A stretch of DNA of 59,625 bases, the filler included. It is 4 parts of 4 records of this genome, joined end to end, with 100 filler letters (N's around TTAATTAATTAA, not from the genome) between each part and the next. Parts side by side here need not be neighbours in the genome. Positions count along the whole stretch, not along the records: positions 19,856 to 28,499 come from SRR31147125_15061; positions 28,600 to 45,727 come from SRR31147125_15066; 2 more parts are not named here. One strand, written 5' to 3'. Below the pieces are notes generated by a model, which made no database searches, was not told the origin of the DNA, and saw nothing but the letters and a program-made list of their open reading frames with translations. The position numbers and the translations under genes are program-made. Below are positions 22,792-33,853 of the stretch, piece by piece. Every line of letters begins with the position of its first letter. Position 1 is the first letter of the stretch.

Positions 22792-22949
22792 GAATTTCCA
22801 GTGTGCGAGCACAAATTAAGTAGCTGAACTAAAGTTGTAAAAGTGCATGATTAAAGGTTGGACAAACGTTCGAACCGATTATTTATTAACAGCTGCTGAT
22901 AGATTAATAATATAGAATTTATAAGAACTAGAATCGGAGTGATAGATTC

Positions 22950-23369
22950 ATGTTAATGCCAAAGCGTGTAAAATTTAGAAAACAGCAGCGGGGAAGACTC
23001 AATGGCAAAGCTGTTAGAGGTTCTCGGGTGGCATTTGGATCGTTTGGACTCAAAGCCCTGGAGCCGCATTGGATCACCTCTCGTCAAATAGAAGCGGCAC
23101 GTGTTGCTATGACAAGACACGTGAAACGAGGTGGAAAGATTTGGATTCGAATTTTTCCCAATAAACCGATTTCCAAGAAACCTGCTGAGACGAGAATGGG
23201 AAAAGGTAAAGGCGTTCCTGAGTACTGGGTCGCTGTTGTTAAACCAGGAAGAATCATGTTTGAGATTGATGGTGTGCCTGAAGAGTTGGCACGGGAAGCA
23301 CTTAGATTGGCCGCACACAAATTGCCAATTAAAACCAAATTTGTCTCAGCCTCTGATATTGGAGAGTGA
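22950..23369 (+). CDS. rplP: 50S ribosomal protein L16
   Basis: [31 protein letters not shown]. Confidence 0.98.
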   Translation: MLMPKRVKFRKQQRGRLNGKAVRGSRVAFGSFGLKALEPHWITSRQIEAARVAMTRHVKRGGKIWIRIFPNKPISKKPAETRMGKGKGVPEYWVAVVKPGRIMFEIDGVPEELAREALRLAAHKLPIKTKFVSASDIGE

Positions 23370-23373
23370 TACT

Positions 23374-23574
23374 ATGAAAATGGAAGAAATAAACCAATTA
23401 TCCCTGGACGATTTAAAGCTTCAGTTAGAAGATTTAAAGGAAGAGATGGGAAATTTGCAATTGCAGCATTCCACTCATCAACTTGATAATCCTTTACGTA
23501 TCAGATCTGTCAGACGGGATATTGCCAGATTGACAACAATCGTTCGTGAATATGATCTGGGCTTGCGTAAATAA
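23374..23574 (+). CDS. rpmC: 50S ribosomal protein L29
   Basis: QLDNPLRIRSVRRDIARLTT; ATG 23374; position after rplP. Confidence 0.95.
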   Translation: MKMEEINQLSLDDLKLQLEDLKEEMGNLQLQHSTHQLDNPLRIRSVRRDIARLTTIVREYDLGLRK

Positions 23575-23619
23575 AGCAGTGTTAAGAGTTATCTTTATAT
23601 TGGAATTGGAGAATATCCA

Positions 23620-23874
23620 GTGGAGAGAGGAAGTAGAAAAAGTAAAATAGGGATTGTTTCGAGTGACAAGATGGACAAAAGTCGTGTTATCTCTGTCGAA
23701 CGAAACATTCGACATTCCCTTTATAAAAAGTATGTCAAAAAATCGACCAAATTCATGGCCCATGATGAAAACAACGATAGCCATATCGGTGACGTGGTGA
23801 GAATTATGGAAACCAGGCCATTAAGTGCTCGGAAAAGATGGCGAATTGTAGAGATATTGGAACGAGCAAAATAG
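23620..23874 (+). CDS. rpsQ: 30S ribosomal protein S17
   Basis: [28 protein letters not shown]. Confidence 0.98.
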   Translation: MERGSRKSKIGIVSSDKMDKSRVISVERNIRHSLYKKYVKKSTKFMAHDENNDSHIGDVVRIMETRPLSARKRWRIVEILERAK

Positions 23875-23915
23875 GATGAAAACCTTCTGTACAGGCGAAG
23901 GAAGAGGAACGAACC

Positions 23916-24284
23916 ATGATTCAAGAACAAAGTCGACTAAATGTTGCTGACAATACTGGTGCAAAAAAAGTGATGTGTATTCGCGTCCTTGGTGGCTCCA
24001 AGAAACGTTATGCATCGGTAGGAGATATCATTGTTGTATCAGTAAAACAGGCTATACCGAATAGCCCTGTTAAAAAAGGTGAAGTCAGCAAGGCTGTGAT
24101 TGTTCGAACAAAAAAAGAACAACGTCGAAAAGATGGATCTTATATTCGTTTCGATGAAAATGCAGCTGTTCTTATAAACGAAGCAATGGAACCAAAGGGC
24201 ACTCGAATTTTCGGGCCGGTGGCCAGAGAATTGAGAGAAAAAGAATTTATGAAAATTGTTTCGTTAGCCCCGGAAGTTTTATAA
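23916..24284 (+). CDS. rplN: 50S ribosomal protein L14
   Basis: [36 protein letters not shown]. Confidence 0.99.
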   Translation: MIQEQSRLNVADNTGAKKVMCIRVLGGSKKRYASVGDIIVVSVKQAIPNSPVKKGEVSKAVIVRTKKEQRRKDGSYIRFDENAAVLINEAMEPKGTRIFGPVARELREKEFMKIVSLAPEVL

Positions 24285-24328
24285 CTCAATAGTTTTCATT
24301 TAATCAAGCCTTAAGAGCGAGATAAGAT

Positions 24329-24664
24329 ATGCGTGTAAGAAAAAACGATGAAGTCATCGTGATTGCCGGTAACTATAAAGGCAAAAAAGGCAAAGTACTT
24401 AAAGTCTTTCCTGAGAAAGATCGCGTCATCGTCGAAGGTGTCAATTTTATTAAAAGACACACCAGACCATCACAACAGAATCCTCAGGGCGGCATTGTAG
24501 AGAAAGAAGCGCCAATACATGTATCGAATATCATGGTTTTATGTCAGAAGACCAGCGTACCGACACGTGTTGGAGCTAAAGTTATCTTTGATGAGCAGCG
24601 AAATCGGAATACCAGAGTTCGCTATGCTAAAAAAAGTGGCGAAATGTTTACTAGTGGATCATAA
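24329..24664 (+). CDS. rplX: 50S ribosomal protein L24
   Basis: KOW motif [29 protein letters not shown]. Confidence 0.98.
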   Translation: MRVRKNDEVIVIAGNYKGKKGKVLKVFPEKDRVIVEGVNFIKRHTRPSQQNPQGGIVEKEAPIHVSNIMVLCQKTSVPTRVGAKVIFDEQRNRNTRVRYAKKSGEMFTSGS

Positions 24665-24693
24665 TTTTTAAACGCAGTATTGGATTTTAAGAA

Positions 24694-25260
24694 ATGGCTG
24701 AAAAAGATTACAAACCAAGACTGGTGGATGTTTACCGTAAGGAAATCGCTCCGGTTTTACAAAAGAGGTTTGGCTATAAAAATGTAATGCAGATTCCCAA
24801 GTTGGAAAAGATTGTCCTGAATATGGGAATAGGCGATGCGACCGAGAATTCAAAAAATGTTGAAACAGCAGTTGAAGATCTCGTAATTATTGCCGGGCAA
24901 AAACCAGTCATACGAAAAGCACGTAAGGCAATATCAAATTTTAAATTACGTGCGGGCATGCCAATTGGTTGTAGTGTTACGCTGAGAAAATGGCAGATGT
25001 ATGAATTTTTGAATCGTCTCATTGCTGTTGCCATACCGCGTGTAAGAGACTTTAGAGGATTACCGGTAAAATTTGACGGTCGAGGTAACTACAATATGTC
25101 TATTAAGGAGCAAATCGTGTTTCCAGAAATAGACTATGACAAGGTAGATAAAGTTCGCGGTTTCAATATTACCATTGTTACAACTGCCAAGACCGATGAA
25201 GAAGCATACGAATTGCTTTCTGCATTTGGAATGCCTTTTATGAAACAGGATCAGAATTAA
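24694..25260 (+). CDS. rplE: 50S ribosomal protein L5
   Basis: [32 protein letters not shown]. Confidence 0.98.
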   Translation: MAEKDYKPRLVDVYRKEIAPVLQKRFGYKNVMQIPKLEKIVLNMGIGDATENSKNVETAVEDLVIIAGQKPVIRKARKAISNFKLRAGMPIGCSVTLRKWQMYEFLNRLIAVAIPRVRDFRGLPVKFDGRGNYNMSIKEQIVFPEIDYDKVDKVRGFNITIVTTAKTDEEAYELLSAFGMPFMKQDQN

Positions 25261-25282
25261 CTTAATAAGAAGAGGAGTAACA

Positions 25283-25468
25283 TTGGCTAAGAAAGCGCTA
25301 GTTGTCAAAGCCAATAAGGAGCCCAAATTTAAAGTAAGAGAATATAATCGGTGCTCCCGATGTGGCAGGCCGAGAGCCTATATTCGGAAATACGGAATTT
25401 GTAGAATTTGTTTTCGGGAGCTCGCATTAGAAGGCCAAATACCAGGTGTTACAAAATCGAGCTGGTAA
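25283..25468 (+). CDS. rpsN: 30S ribosomal protein S14, zinc-binding (type Z)
   Basis: 61 aa with CSRC...CRIC and IPGVTKSSW. Confidence 0.97.
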   Translation: MAKKALVVKANKEPKFKVREYNRCSRCGRPRAYIRKYGICRICFRELALEGQIPGVTKSSW

Positions 25469-25531
25469 ATAACTGAATTTTATTATAATGAGTAAGACTT
25501 GTCCGCTGAAGGATTGTTAGGGAGATTATAG

Positions 25532-25930
25532 ATGTCAAAAACAGATCCCATCGCAGATTTCTTGACCCGAGTCAGAAATGCGACCAGGGCTAAACATCGT
25601 AAAGTCGACATACCTGCATCAACATTAAAGATTGAACTTGCAAGAATTTTGCAAGAGGAATCTTATATTAAAAACCACATCTTTATTAAAGATGATAAGC
25701 AAGGTGTCATCCGTATTTATCTTAAATACGACGATAGCGAAAAAAGTGTTATATCCGGGTTAAGGAGAATAAGTACTCCTGGCTACCGACGTTATGTTGG
25801 GAAAAATGAGATTCCTCGAGTCTTTAACAACCTCGGTGTTTCGATTATCACTACTTCCCAGGGAGTTATGACTGGACAGGAAGCGAAACGTCGTGGCGTT
25901 GGTGGTGAAGTCTTGTGCTATGTTTGGTAA
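25532..25930 (+). CDS. rpsH: 30S ribosomal protein S8
   Basis: DPIADFLTRVRNA, STPGYRRY, GGEVLCYVW. Confidence 0.98.
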   Translation: MSKTDPIADFLTRVRNATRAKHRKVDIPASTLKIELARILQEESYIKNHIFIKDDKQGVIRIYLKYDDSEKSVISGLRRISTPGYRRYVGKNEIPRVFNNLGVSIITTSQGVMTGQEAKRRGVGGEVLCYVW

Positions 25931-25961
25931 ATGTCAAATCGTTATAGATTAGGAGTCTGCT

Positions 25962-26498
25962 GTGTCAAGAGTTGGTAAAGCACCCATTCCTATACCGGAA
26001 GGTGTTTCAATCGATATAAACGGTAATGTCGTCAAGGCAAATGGACCAAAAGGTGAACTTGTTCTTAATGTTCATCCTGAAATGAAAGTCGAGATCGACA
26101 ATAACGTTATCAGTGTAACCAGACCGACCGATAATAAATTACATCGGTCCTTACATGGACTATCCAGGACACTCGTGTCTAATATTGTTGAGGGCGTTAG
26201 CAAAGGCTTTGAGAAACGTCTTGAAATTGTTGGTGTCGGATACAGGGCCGAAATGAAGGGGAAAAAATTACTCCTTTCCTTGGGATATTCCCACCAGATA
26301 TTATTTGTACCTTCTGAAGCTATTGAAATAACCTTGGAAGGTTACAATATTATCATTATCAAGGGAATTAGCAAGGAACTAGTCGGCCAAACAGCTGCTA
26401 AAATCAGATCTTTTCGTCCACCTGAACCATATAAAGGTAAAGGGATTAGATATGTGGGCGAAGTTGTTAAAAGGAAAGCTGGAAAGACAGCAGTGTAA
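25962..26498 (+). CDS. rplF: 50S ribosomal protein L6
   Basis: SRVGKAPI, GVGYRA, RPPEPYKGKGIRY. Confidence 0.98.
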   Translation: MSRVGKAPIPIPEGVSIDINGNVVKANGPKGELVLNVHPEMKVEIDNNVISVTRPTDNKLHRSLHGLSRTLVSNIVEGVSKGFEKRLEIVGVGYRAEMKGKKLLLSLGYSHQILFVPSEAIEITLEGYNIIIIKGISKELVGQTAAKIRSFRPPEPYKGKGIRYVGEVVKRKAGKTAV

Positions 26499-26529
26499 CC
26501 AAAACACCCATAAATTATGAGTCTAAGCA

Positions 26530-26904
26530 ATGTCAAAGAAAAATCAAAATAAAAATAGTGCGCGTATCAAGAGACACAAGCATATTATCAAAAAACTCAG
26601 GGGCACAGATGAGCGTCCCAGACTTGTTGTGTTTCGAAGTAACAAACATATTTATGTTCAGGTCATTGATGATGTGAAACATCAGACCATATGTACCGCC
26701 TCGACCCAATCAAAGGACATTGTTAAAGAGGTACAGAGCGCTAAATCCAAGATTGAAAAGTCGATTCTTGTAGGAAAACATATTGCCCAGGTGGCTAAAG
26801 ATAAAAAAATTGACAAAATCGTCTTTGATCGAAACGGATATTTGTATCATGGTCGAGTAAAAGCTCTTGCTGATGGTGCAAGAGAAGGTGGCCTGGAATT
26901 CTAA
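26530..26904 (+). CDS. rplR: 50S ribosomal protein L18
   Basis: [38 protein letters not shown]. Confidence 0.98.
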   Translation: MSKKNQNKNSARIKRHKHIIKKLRGTDERPRLVVFRSNKHIYVQVIDDVKHQTICTASTQSKDIVKEVQSAKSKIEKSILVGKHIAQVAKDKKIDKIVFDRNGYLYHGRVKALADGAREGGLEF

Positions 26905-26944
26905 CCCGATAATAATTTTTAAGATTGTAAAGAGGGATAAAGTT

Positions 26945-27478
26945 TTGGAAAGATTAAATCCTAACGAACTAGATCTCACAGAGAAGGTAATACACGTTAA
27001 TCGAGTTGCCAAGGTTGTCAAGGGTGGTAGAAGGTTTAGCTTTAATGCTATCGTCGTCGTTGGTGACGGTAAAGGACATGTTGGAATAGGTCTGGGAAAA
27101 GCAAATGAAGTAACAGATTGTATTTCAAAAGGTTCTGAAGCAGCCAAGAAAAACCTGATTACTGTGCCTTTAAACGGTGGTACGATACCTCATGAAATTG
27201 AGGGCAAATTTGGAGCCGGACGAGTTTTTATGAAACCTGCCTCTCCTGGTACAGGAGTTATTGCCGGTGGCCCTGTTCGTGCCATTATGGAAGCTGTTGG
27301 TGTACACGATGTCTTGACAAAAAGCCGTGGTTCTGCTAATCCACACAATGTGGTTAAAGCGACCATGGTGGCTTTGGAAGGTTTAATGGATGTCGCCAGC
27401 GTGGCACGAAAACGTGGATTATCTATTATGAGAGTATTTAATACCGAGCCTAAGGCAAATACTGTAGAAACAAATTAA
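26945..27478 (+). CDS. rpsE: 30S ribosomal protein S5 (probable TTG start at 26945)
   Basis: [27 protein letters not shown]. Confidence 0.97.
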   Translation: MERLNPNELDLTEKVIHVNRVAKVVKGGRRFSFNAIVVVGDGKGHVGIGLGKANEVTDCISKGSEAAKKNLITVPLNGGTIPHEIEGKFGAGRVFMKPASPGTGVIAGGPVRAIMEAVGVHDVLTKSRGSANPHNVVKATMVALEGLMDVASVARKRGLSIMRVFNTEPKANTVETN

Positions 27479-27502
27479 AACTTTGTTTAGGAAATAAGGG
27501 AC

Positions 27503-27697
27503 ATGGCAACAAAAAAGGTTAAACAAGTAAAGATTACGCTTAAAAGAAGCACAATTGGCCGGCTGGAGAACCAGAAAAGAACGGCCATTGCTTTAGGGTT
27601 AAAAAAAACCAATAGAAGCGTAATTCATTCTGATACTCCAGTGATTCGTGGAATGATTAATAGAATTTCCCACCTGGTAGAAGTAGAAGAAATCTAA
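27503..27697 (+). CDS. rpmD: 50S ribosomal protein L30
   Basis: [28 protein letters not shown]. Confidence 0.96.
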   Translation: MATKKVKQVKITLKRSTIGRLENQKRTAIALGLKKTNRSVIHSDTPVIRGMINRISHLVEVEEI

Positions 27698-27757
27698 GAG
27701 ACAGTAAGGAGGATTAACCCTCCATGTTATCAGAACTGGCAATAAGGTGAGACAAAG

Positions 27758-28192
27758 ATGGATTTATCAAATTTGACATTTGCAAAAGGTGCTCGTAAAA
27801 ACCGCAAAAGAATTGGACGCGGTGGAGCACACGGAAAAACCGCAACAAAGGGACATAAAGGTCAACTATCTCGTTCCGGAGCGAAAAAACGTCTTTGGTT
27901 TGAAGGCGGGCAAATGCCTATCCAACGTCGATTACCAAAGCGTGGATTTACCAATATTTTTAAACAAGAGTACCAGACTGTTAATGTAAGCTTGCTCAAT
28001 AGTCTTGAAAACGTAGAGGAAGTAACACCAGAGGTTTTATATACAAATCGCATCATACGTAAAAAAAATGTCCCTGTTAAAATACTGGGAGATGGCGAAT
28101 TGTCTAAAAAGTTAACGGTCTCTGCTAACGCATTCAGTAAAACGGCTATAGAAAAAATCGAATCTGCTGGCGGGAGGGCTGAAACCCTATGA
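27758..28192 (+). CDS. rplO: 50S ribosomal protein L15
   Basis: RIGRG, FEGGQMPIQRRLPKRGF, KILGDG. Confidence 0.98.
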   Translation: MDLSNLTFAKGARKNRKRIGRGGAHGKTATKGHKGQLSRSGAKKRLWFEGGQMPIQRRLPKRGFTNIFKQEYQTVNVSLLNSLENVEEVTPEVLYTNRIIRKKNVPVKILGDGELSKKLTVSANAFSKTAIEKIESAGGRAETL

Positions 28193-28499
28193 TGGAAAGT
28201 GTCAAAAGCATTTTCAAAATACCTGAATTGAAAAAACGTATCCTTTTCACAGCTCTTATTCTGATCATCTATCGGGTTGGTGGACACGTACCGGTTCCTG
28301 GTATAAATGCTCAAGCTTTGCTGGAGTATTTTGAACAAGCACAAAGAGGTTTACTCGGATTATATGATTTATTTGCCGGAGGAGCTTTTAAAAGAGCGAC
28401 TGTGTTTGCTCTCGGTATCATGCCCTATATTTCCGCTTCTATTATAATCCAGCTACTCGGTGCCATCGTACCCTACTTTCAAAAATTACAAAAAGAAGG
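28189..28499 (+). CDS. secY: Preprotein translocase SecY (3' truncated by gap)
   Basis: ELKKRILFT, HVPVPGIN, FALGIMPYISASIIIQLL. Confidence 0.97.
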
Positions 28500-28599
28500 N
28501 NNNNNNNNNNNNNNNNNNNNNNNNNNNNNNNNNNNNNNNNNNNTTAATTAATTAANNNNNNNNNNNNNNNNNNNNNNNNNNNNNNNNNNNNNNNNNNNN
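28500..28599. other. Assembly gap / artificial contig linker
   Basis: N run containing TTAATTAATTAA. Confidence 0.98.
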
Positions 28600-28827
28600 A
28601 AAAAACGAGTCCGTCTTTTTATGATTATTTGTTTTTCTACTTGAATTTTAAGTAATAATTTTTAATTTTAAATGATACATTCCATAACTTTGTAATTCTT
28701 CAAGATGATCTCGTTAGCACGGAATGTTTTCGGGTAGACATTATTAGCTCATCGATTTTGATAATATAGAATATTATGTCTTATATTGATTGTCATATCG
28801 ATGGTTTCAAAAGAACAACTATAAAAA

Positions 28828-30255
28828 ATGAAGGAAGACAGAATGAAGGAAGAAAAACAAAAATCTCCTGCGGCTGATGAGAGCAAAAAAATTGACCGAC
28901 GAGATTTCTTGCAGGGAGCAGCCACACTTCCGGTTCTGGGGCTTTTTGGCTATGCTGTTCAACAGCAGAAAAGTATGGAAAAAAAACAAAAAGCGGCCAA
29001 ACTTGCAGCCAAACCTGTTGCCGAAAATCTTGAAGACCTCAATATTGGTCTCATTGGTGTGGGTGCGCAAGGAAGTGTGTTGTTAACCGCAATGCTAAAA
29101 TTGCCAAATCTACGTTTTCGCGCTGTCTGTGATATCTGGACCGAATACAATCAAAAAAGAACCGTTCGATTGTTAAAAAAATACAAATATGATGTTAACG
29201 CTTATGAAGATTACCGTGTTATGTTGGAAAAAGAAAAAGATCTGGATGCTGTTATCATTGCCACGCCGGATTTTTGGCATTCCCAAATGACAGTTGACTG
29301 TTTGAATGCAGGTCTCCATGTTTACTGTGAAAAAGAGATGTCCAACACCCTGGAAGGCGCCAGAAAAATGCTGCAGGCATCACGAGAAACCGGCAAATTG
29401 CTTCAAATCGGCCATCAAAGACGAAGTAATCCCAAATATATACACTGTTATAACAAGATCATTAAAGAATCGGGTATGCTTGGACGTATTGTGACATCCA
29501 ATGCGCAATGGAATCGAGCCGTACAGCCGGATATTGGATTTCCTAAAAAGTATGCCATGTCAGAGGCGCGTTTAAAGAAATATGGATTTAAATCTATGTC
29601 TCAATTCCGTAACTGGCGCTGGTATAAGGGCCTTGGTGGCGGCCCCATTGTCGATTTAGGTTCTCACCAGATTGATATTTTCAGTTGGTTCCTCGAGACA
29701 AACCCGATTTCTGTTATAGCCAGTGGTGGCACGGATTATTATGCCCCCAAATCACACGAGTGGTACGATACGGTTATGGCGATTTATGAATATGAAACCA
29801 AAGATGGCCGTTCCAGAGCCTATTACCAGACTCAGACAACAAACAGCAGTCAGGGCTATTATGAGAATTTTATGGGTGATCAGGGTACACTCTTTATTTC
29901 AGAATCAGGAAGTCGTGGCAGTGTCTATCGTGAAACATCTGCTCCGGCATGGGATGAATACATCAATAAAGGTATTATCTCGGCTCCAAAAGCTCAGGCA
30001 CAAGAAGCGGCAACAGATGCTGTTTTGGATGTCCGTGAAACAGTTACACCAGATGAACATGAGCTTAACATTGTCTTTAACGATCCCTATCATATGCCTC
30101 ATTTAAGTAACTTTTTTAATAGTGTTCGTGGATTAGAGACATTGAACTGTCCGGGAGAGATCGGGTATGAAACAGCTGTGGCTGTTCTCAAGGTAAATGA
30201 GGCAATTGAAGCCGGCCGTAAACTGGAATTTGATCCAAAAGAATTTCATGTTTGA
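28828..30255 (+). CDS. Tat-exported Gfo/Idh/MocA family NAD-dependent oxidoreductase
   Basis: Twin-arginine motif DRRDFLQ; Rossmann GLIGVGAQG; DAVIIATPDFWH, HVYCEKE, QIGHQRRS, NWRWY..GGG...DLGSHQID. Confidence 0.92.
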   Translation: MKEDRMKEEKQKSPAADESKKIDRRDFLQGAATLPVLGLFGYAVQQQKSMEKKQKAAKLAAKPVAENLEDLNIGLIGVGAQGSVLLTAMLKLPNLRFRAVCDIWTEYNQKRTVRLLKKYKYDVNAYEDYRVMLEKEKDLDAVIIATPDFWHSQMTVDCLNAGLHVYCEKEMSNTLEGARKMLQASRETGKLLQIGHQRRSNPKYIHCYNKIIKESGMLGRIVTSNAQWNRAVQPDIGFPKKYAMSEARLKKYGFKSMSQFRNWRWYKGLGGGPIVDLGSHQIDIFSWFLETNPISVIASGGTDYYAPKSHEWYDTVMAIYEYETKDGRSRAYYQTQTTNSSQGYYENFMGDQGTLFISESGSRGSVYRETSAPAWDEYINKGIISAPKAQAQEAATDAVLDVRETVTPDEHELNIVFNDPYHMPHLSNFFNSVRGLETLNCPGEIGYETAVAVLKVNEAIEAGRKLEFDPKEFHV

Positions 30256-30296
30256 TCAGTAAACGATGATGCTGTTATACTCTTAAATAGGATAAA

Positions 30297-30797
30297 ATGA
30301 TTATGGAAAAAAGAGAAATGAATAACATACAAATGATCGCGTTAGTTATCTTGAGGGTCACCATTGGCTGGCATTTTCTTTATGAAGGTGTCGCCAAATT
30401 GATGAAGCCAGGCTGGTCAGCAGCTGGTTTTTTGTCACAATCCAAGTGGATTTTTGCGCCAATTTTTAAATGGATCGCCAGCACACCTGAAGTATTGAAT
30501 ATAGTCAATCTGATGAATATCTGGGGCCTTGTTTTCATCGGCCTTGGTCTGATTGTCGGGGCATTTACCCGTACTGCCAGTGTTGCCGGTATTTTGCTTG
30601 TATTGTTATATTATTTTTGTAATCCACCTTTTGCGGGCCTTTATTATTCCATACCCATGGAAGGTAATTATTTGGTAATTAACAAAAATTTAGTGGAAGT
30701 AGCCGCATTAATCCTGATTGCTGTTACCTACAGCGGCCGATATCTTGGATTTGATCGACTCATTCACAAATGGATTAGCCAAAAAAAGGCAGCCTAA
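30297..30797 (+). CDS. DoxX/DoxD family membrane protein
   Basis: LRVTIGWHFLYEGVAK, WSAAGFL, EGNYLVINKNLVE, GFDR; about four TM helices. Confidence 0.88.
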   Translation: MIMEKREMNNIQMIALVILRVTIGWHFLYEGVAKLMKPGWSAAGFLSQSKWIFAPIFKWIASTPEVLNIVNLMNIWGLVFIGLGLIVGAFTRTASVAGILLVLLYYFCNPPFAGLYYSIPMEGNYLVINKNLVEVAALILIAVTYSGRYLGFDRLIHKWISQKKAA

Positions 30798-30862
30798 TAG
30801 ATATATTCAAGAGGTTTACCAATTAGAATATCCCTGCATGACTATGCAGGACGGGAGTTTTG

Positions 30863-30903
30863 AAAATAAAAGGGATCAATAATCTTTGATCCTTTTTATT
30901 TTT
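30863..30903. terminator. Bidirectional terminator-like hairpin
   Basis: AAAATAAAAGGGATCAA / TTGATCCTTTTTATTTT. Confidence 0.75.
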
Positions 30904-31193
30904 ATAGGGGAAGGGATTTAAAACTAAATCGAAAAAAGCCTTACTACCTTGCAATAGCTATTTAGAACATTGTAACTTTCTTCATTTTCTCTGTATCAGT
31001 TTGAAATAACGAATTCCTCAATGAGTCAACCCGGTTTGCGCGACCGAGAAGAAACAAGCCTAATATCCGTGCTCTTTTTTTAATATGTTTTCAGATGTAA
31101 CAGAATGTGGTTTTTTCAAAATAACTTTTAAATGAAAAATAATACTCTCTTTATATGATATTGATTCATTTTAGCTTTGGAGAAATTTACATC

Positions 31194-32161
31194 ATGTCAG
31201 CTTTTAAGAGGATAACCATCTGGGTGTGTTGTTTAGGTATTTTAACTTCTGTTACATGTTTGAAAAAGAATACCAGGCCTTCCTCAAAAACAACAGATTA
31301 CAAGTTTGCTTTTATTACCTGCACTGTAAATGCTACATTTTTCAAACCGGTTATCAAGGGAATGACTGATGCCGCAGAAATGGCAGGTGTGCAATGTGAT
31401 TTTATGGGAACTGAAGGTGTGGATATTCCTGCTCAGATCGAGATGGTTCGACGCGCCGTTACTGAGGGTTATGATGGTATTGCGCTCAATATTATTGATC
31501 CTGTTGCGTTTGATGTTGTTATTCAGGAAACCATGGATAAAGGTGTGCCAGTTGTTGGTTTTAATGTTGACGATTTTGAGACGCCTAATGCGCGTTTGAG
31601 TTCAGTAAATCAACAGTTATTCAAAGCCGGGGAACGGTTGGCCACTTTTTATTACCCCATATTCCGAAAAATGCTTTTGTTTTGATGACCATGCATGATG
31701 AAGGTGTGTCTGCTCTGGAGGACAGGTTACATGGACTGCAAAACGTGTTACAAAAAAAGGATGTAAAGTATAAAGTCCTGATTACCGGCAATAATTCTAC
31801 AAAAGGAGCTGAAATTATAGCTGATTTTTTAAAGAAAAATATAAATTATAACATTATTTTAGGTACAGGACAAGCAGATACAGAAGCGGCTGGAAAAACT
31901 ATTGAAAAATATTTTAGCAACAAAGGTTATTGGTCAGCAGGATTTGATTTGTCTCCCAAAACACTGCAATGCATCAGGGATGGTTTTATTCGCTGCACAG
32001 TGGATCAACAACCCTATATTCAGGGATTTTATCCGGTTGTACAATTGACTCACTATCTTCGTTATGGAATTATGCCATCCAATATCGATGCCGGCGCTGC
32101 TATTATTGATTTAGAGAATGTGGATCAGGTATCAAGACTAACCGAACAAGGGTACAGGTAA
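31194..32161 (+). CDS. Type I periplasmic sugar-binding protein, probable lipoprotein (split at T-run 31646-31650)
   Basis: FFKPVIKGMTDAA, GVPVVGFNVD, AGFDLSP, TVDQQPYIQGF; adding one T joins the two ORFs. Confidence 0.85.
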
Positions 32162-32187
32162 AATGTTGAAAAAGGTGGGAGTCGATT

Positions 32188-33837
32188 ATGCAGATTGAGA
32201 GCCTGGATTTAGGAATTATTTTTCTTTATTTTATTTTTATTGTGGGATTTGGATGTTGGGTTGGTATTCGCAACAAAAAAACGGACCAGGCCCATGGTTA
32301 CTTTTTAGCTGGCAAGTCGTTGCGCTGGCCCATGATTGGTTTGGCTTTGTTTGCAACCAATATATCTACGGTGCATCTGGTAAGCCTGGCTGAAGAAGGA
32401 TATACCAATGGACTTGCCTATGGAAATTTTGAATGGATGGCTCCGTTTACTCTCATTTTACTCGCCCTGTTTTTTGCGCCTTTTTATATCCGCTCAAGGG
32501 TAACAACATTACCGGATTTTCTTGAAAAACGTTACTCCCGTGCCAGTCGGGATTGGCTTTCTCTTCTTTCCATCATATCAGCGATTTTTATTCATATTGG
32601 CTTTTCCTTATATGCGGGTGCAGTTGTATTGGAAGGTATGTTTGGCCTTGATAAAATGGTGAGTATAGTCCTGATCGCTGGCCTGACAGGCGTATATACC
32701 ATTGTTGGTGGATTAATTGCTGTTGTCTTTACAGAGTCGGTACAGACGATTATTTTGCTGTTGGGTGCCATTATTCTTACAGCTATTGCCTATGTAAAGG
32801 TTGGCGGCTGGAGTGGTTTGCAACAGGGCGTGGATCCGCATTTACTCACTGTGCTTCGGCCACATGGTGATCCCTCAGGCTTACCATGGTACTCTATAAT
32901 ATTGGGATACCCGATTATTGGTATATGGTACTGGTGTACGGATCAGACAATTGTACAACGCGTTCTGGGAGCCAAAGATGAAAACCATGCACGTATCGGG
33001 CCTTTGTTTGCCGGATTTATTAAAATATTACCTGTTTTTATTTTTGTTTTACCCGGATTGATTTGTCTGGCATTGATCAATAAAGGTTTACTTCCGGCTC
33101 TTCCTCTCGCAGAGAATGGAAAAGTGGATGCTGCTCAGACTTTTTCACATATGATTGCCCATCTGTTGCCAATCGGACTTCGGGGACTTGTTGCTGCTGC
33201 ACTGATCGCTGCACTGATGAGTACTGTTTCAGGGGCTTTGAATTCTGTGGCTACTTTATTTACGTTTGATTTTTATAAACGCTGGTTTCCCAATACATCA
33301 GAAAAAAGAATGGTTTATGTCGGTCGTATTGTGACGTTTACAGGTATGATCCTCGCCGTGCTATGGTCGCCTCTTTGTGGTCGATTCCCCACTGTTTTTC
33401 AGGGGATAAATACAGCTATTTCTTATCTGGCTCCACCTATAACCGTGGTGTTTGTTGCAGGAGTCTTTTGGAAGAAAGCGTCTTCAAAGGCTTCTTTTAT
33501 CACTCTTGTTTGTGGTTCTGTGTTGGGTTTTGTTGTATTTATTCTGGACTTTACGCATGTTCTGAGTCGTTTTAAAGAGACACATTCCGCATTTTCCTGG
33601 TTAAATTTCATGATGATAAGCTTTCTTCTTGCTATGATTTGTGCAACGATTATGATCGTTATGTCCTTCATCTACACCGAACCCATGACCGAAGAGAGGC
33701 GAAAACTTGTTTGGTCATCACCCCTGGAACCACTACGGGAACAAGGATGGTCAGGAATAGGAAACTATAAATGGCTCAGCGCCACTCTGGCGACATGTAT
33801 GATTCTACTTTATTTTGTATTTACATTTTTAGTCTAG
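32188..33837 (+). CDS. Sodium:solute symporter (SSS, SGLT-like)
   Basis: YFLAGKSL, ATNIST, TLPDFLEKRY, WYWCTDQTIVQRVL, AALMST; multiple TM helices. Confidence 0.95.
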   Translation: MQIESLDLGIIFLYFIFIVGFGCWVGIRNKKTDQAHGYFLAGKSLRWPMIGLALFATNISTVHLVSLAEEGYTNGLAYGNFEWMAPFTLILLALFFAPFYIRSRVTTLPDFLEKRYSRASRDWLSLLSIISAIFIHIGFSLYAGAVVLEGMFGLDKMVSIVLIAGLTGVYTIVGGLIAVVFTESVQTIILLLGAIILTAIAYVKVGGWSGLQQGVDPHLLTVLRPHGDPSGLPWYSIILGYPIIGIWYWCTDQTIVQRVLGAKDENHARIGPLFAGFIKILPVFIFVLPGLICLALINKGLLPALPLAENGKVDAAQTFSHMIAHLLPIGLRGLVAAALIAALMSTVSGALNSVATLFTFDFYKRWFPNTSEKRMVYVGRIVTFTGMILAVLWSPLCGRFPTVFQGINTAISYLAPPITVVFVAGVFWKKASSKASFITLVCGSVLGFVVFILDFTHVLSRFKETHSAFSWLNFMMISFLLAMICATIMIVMSFIYTEPMTEERRKLVWSSPLEPLREQGWSGIGNYKWLSATLATCMILLYFVFTFLV

Positions 33838-33853
33838 TTCAAGAGGTTTATTT

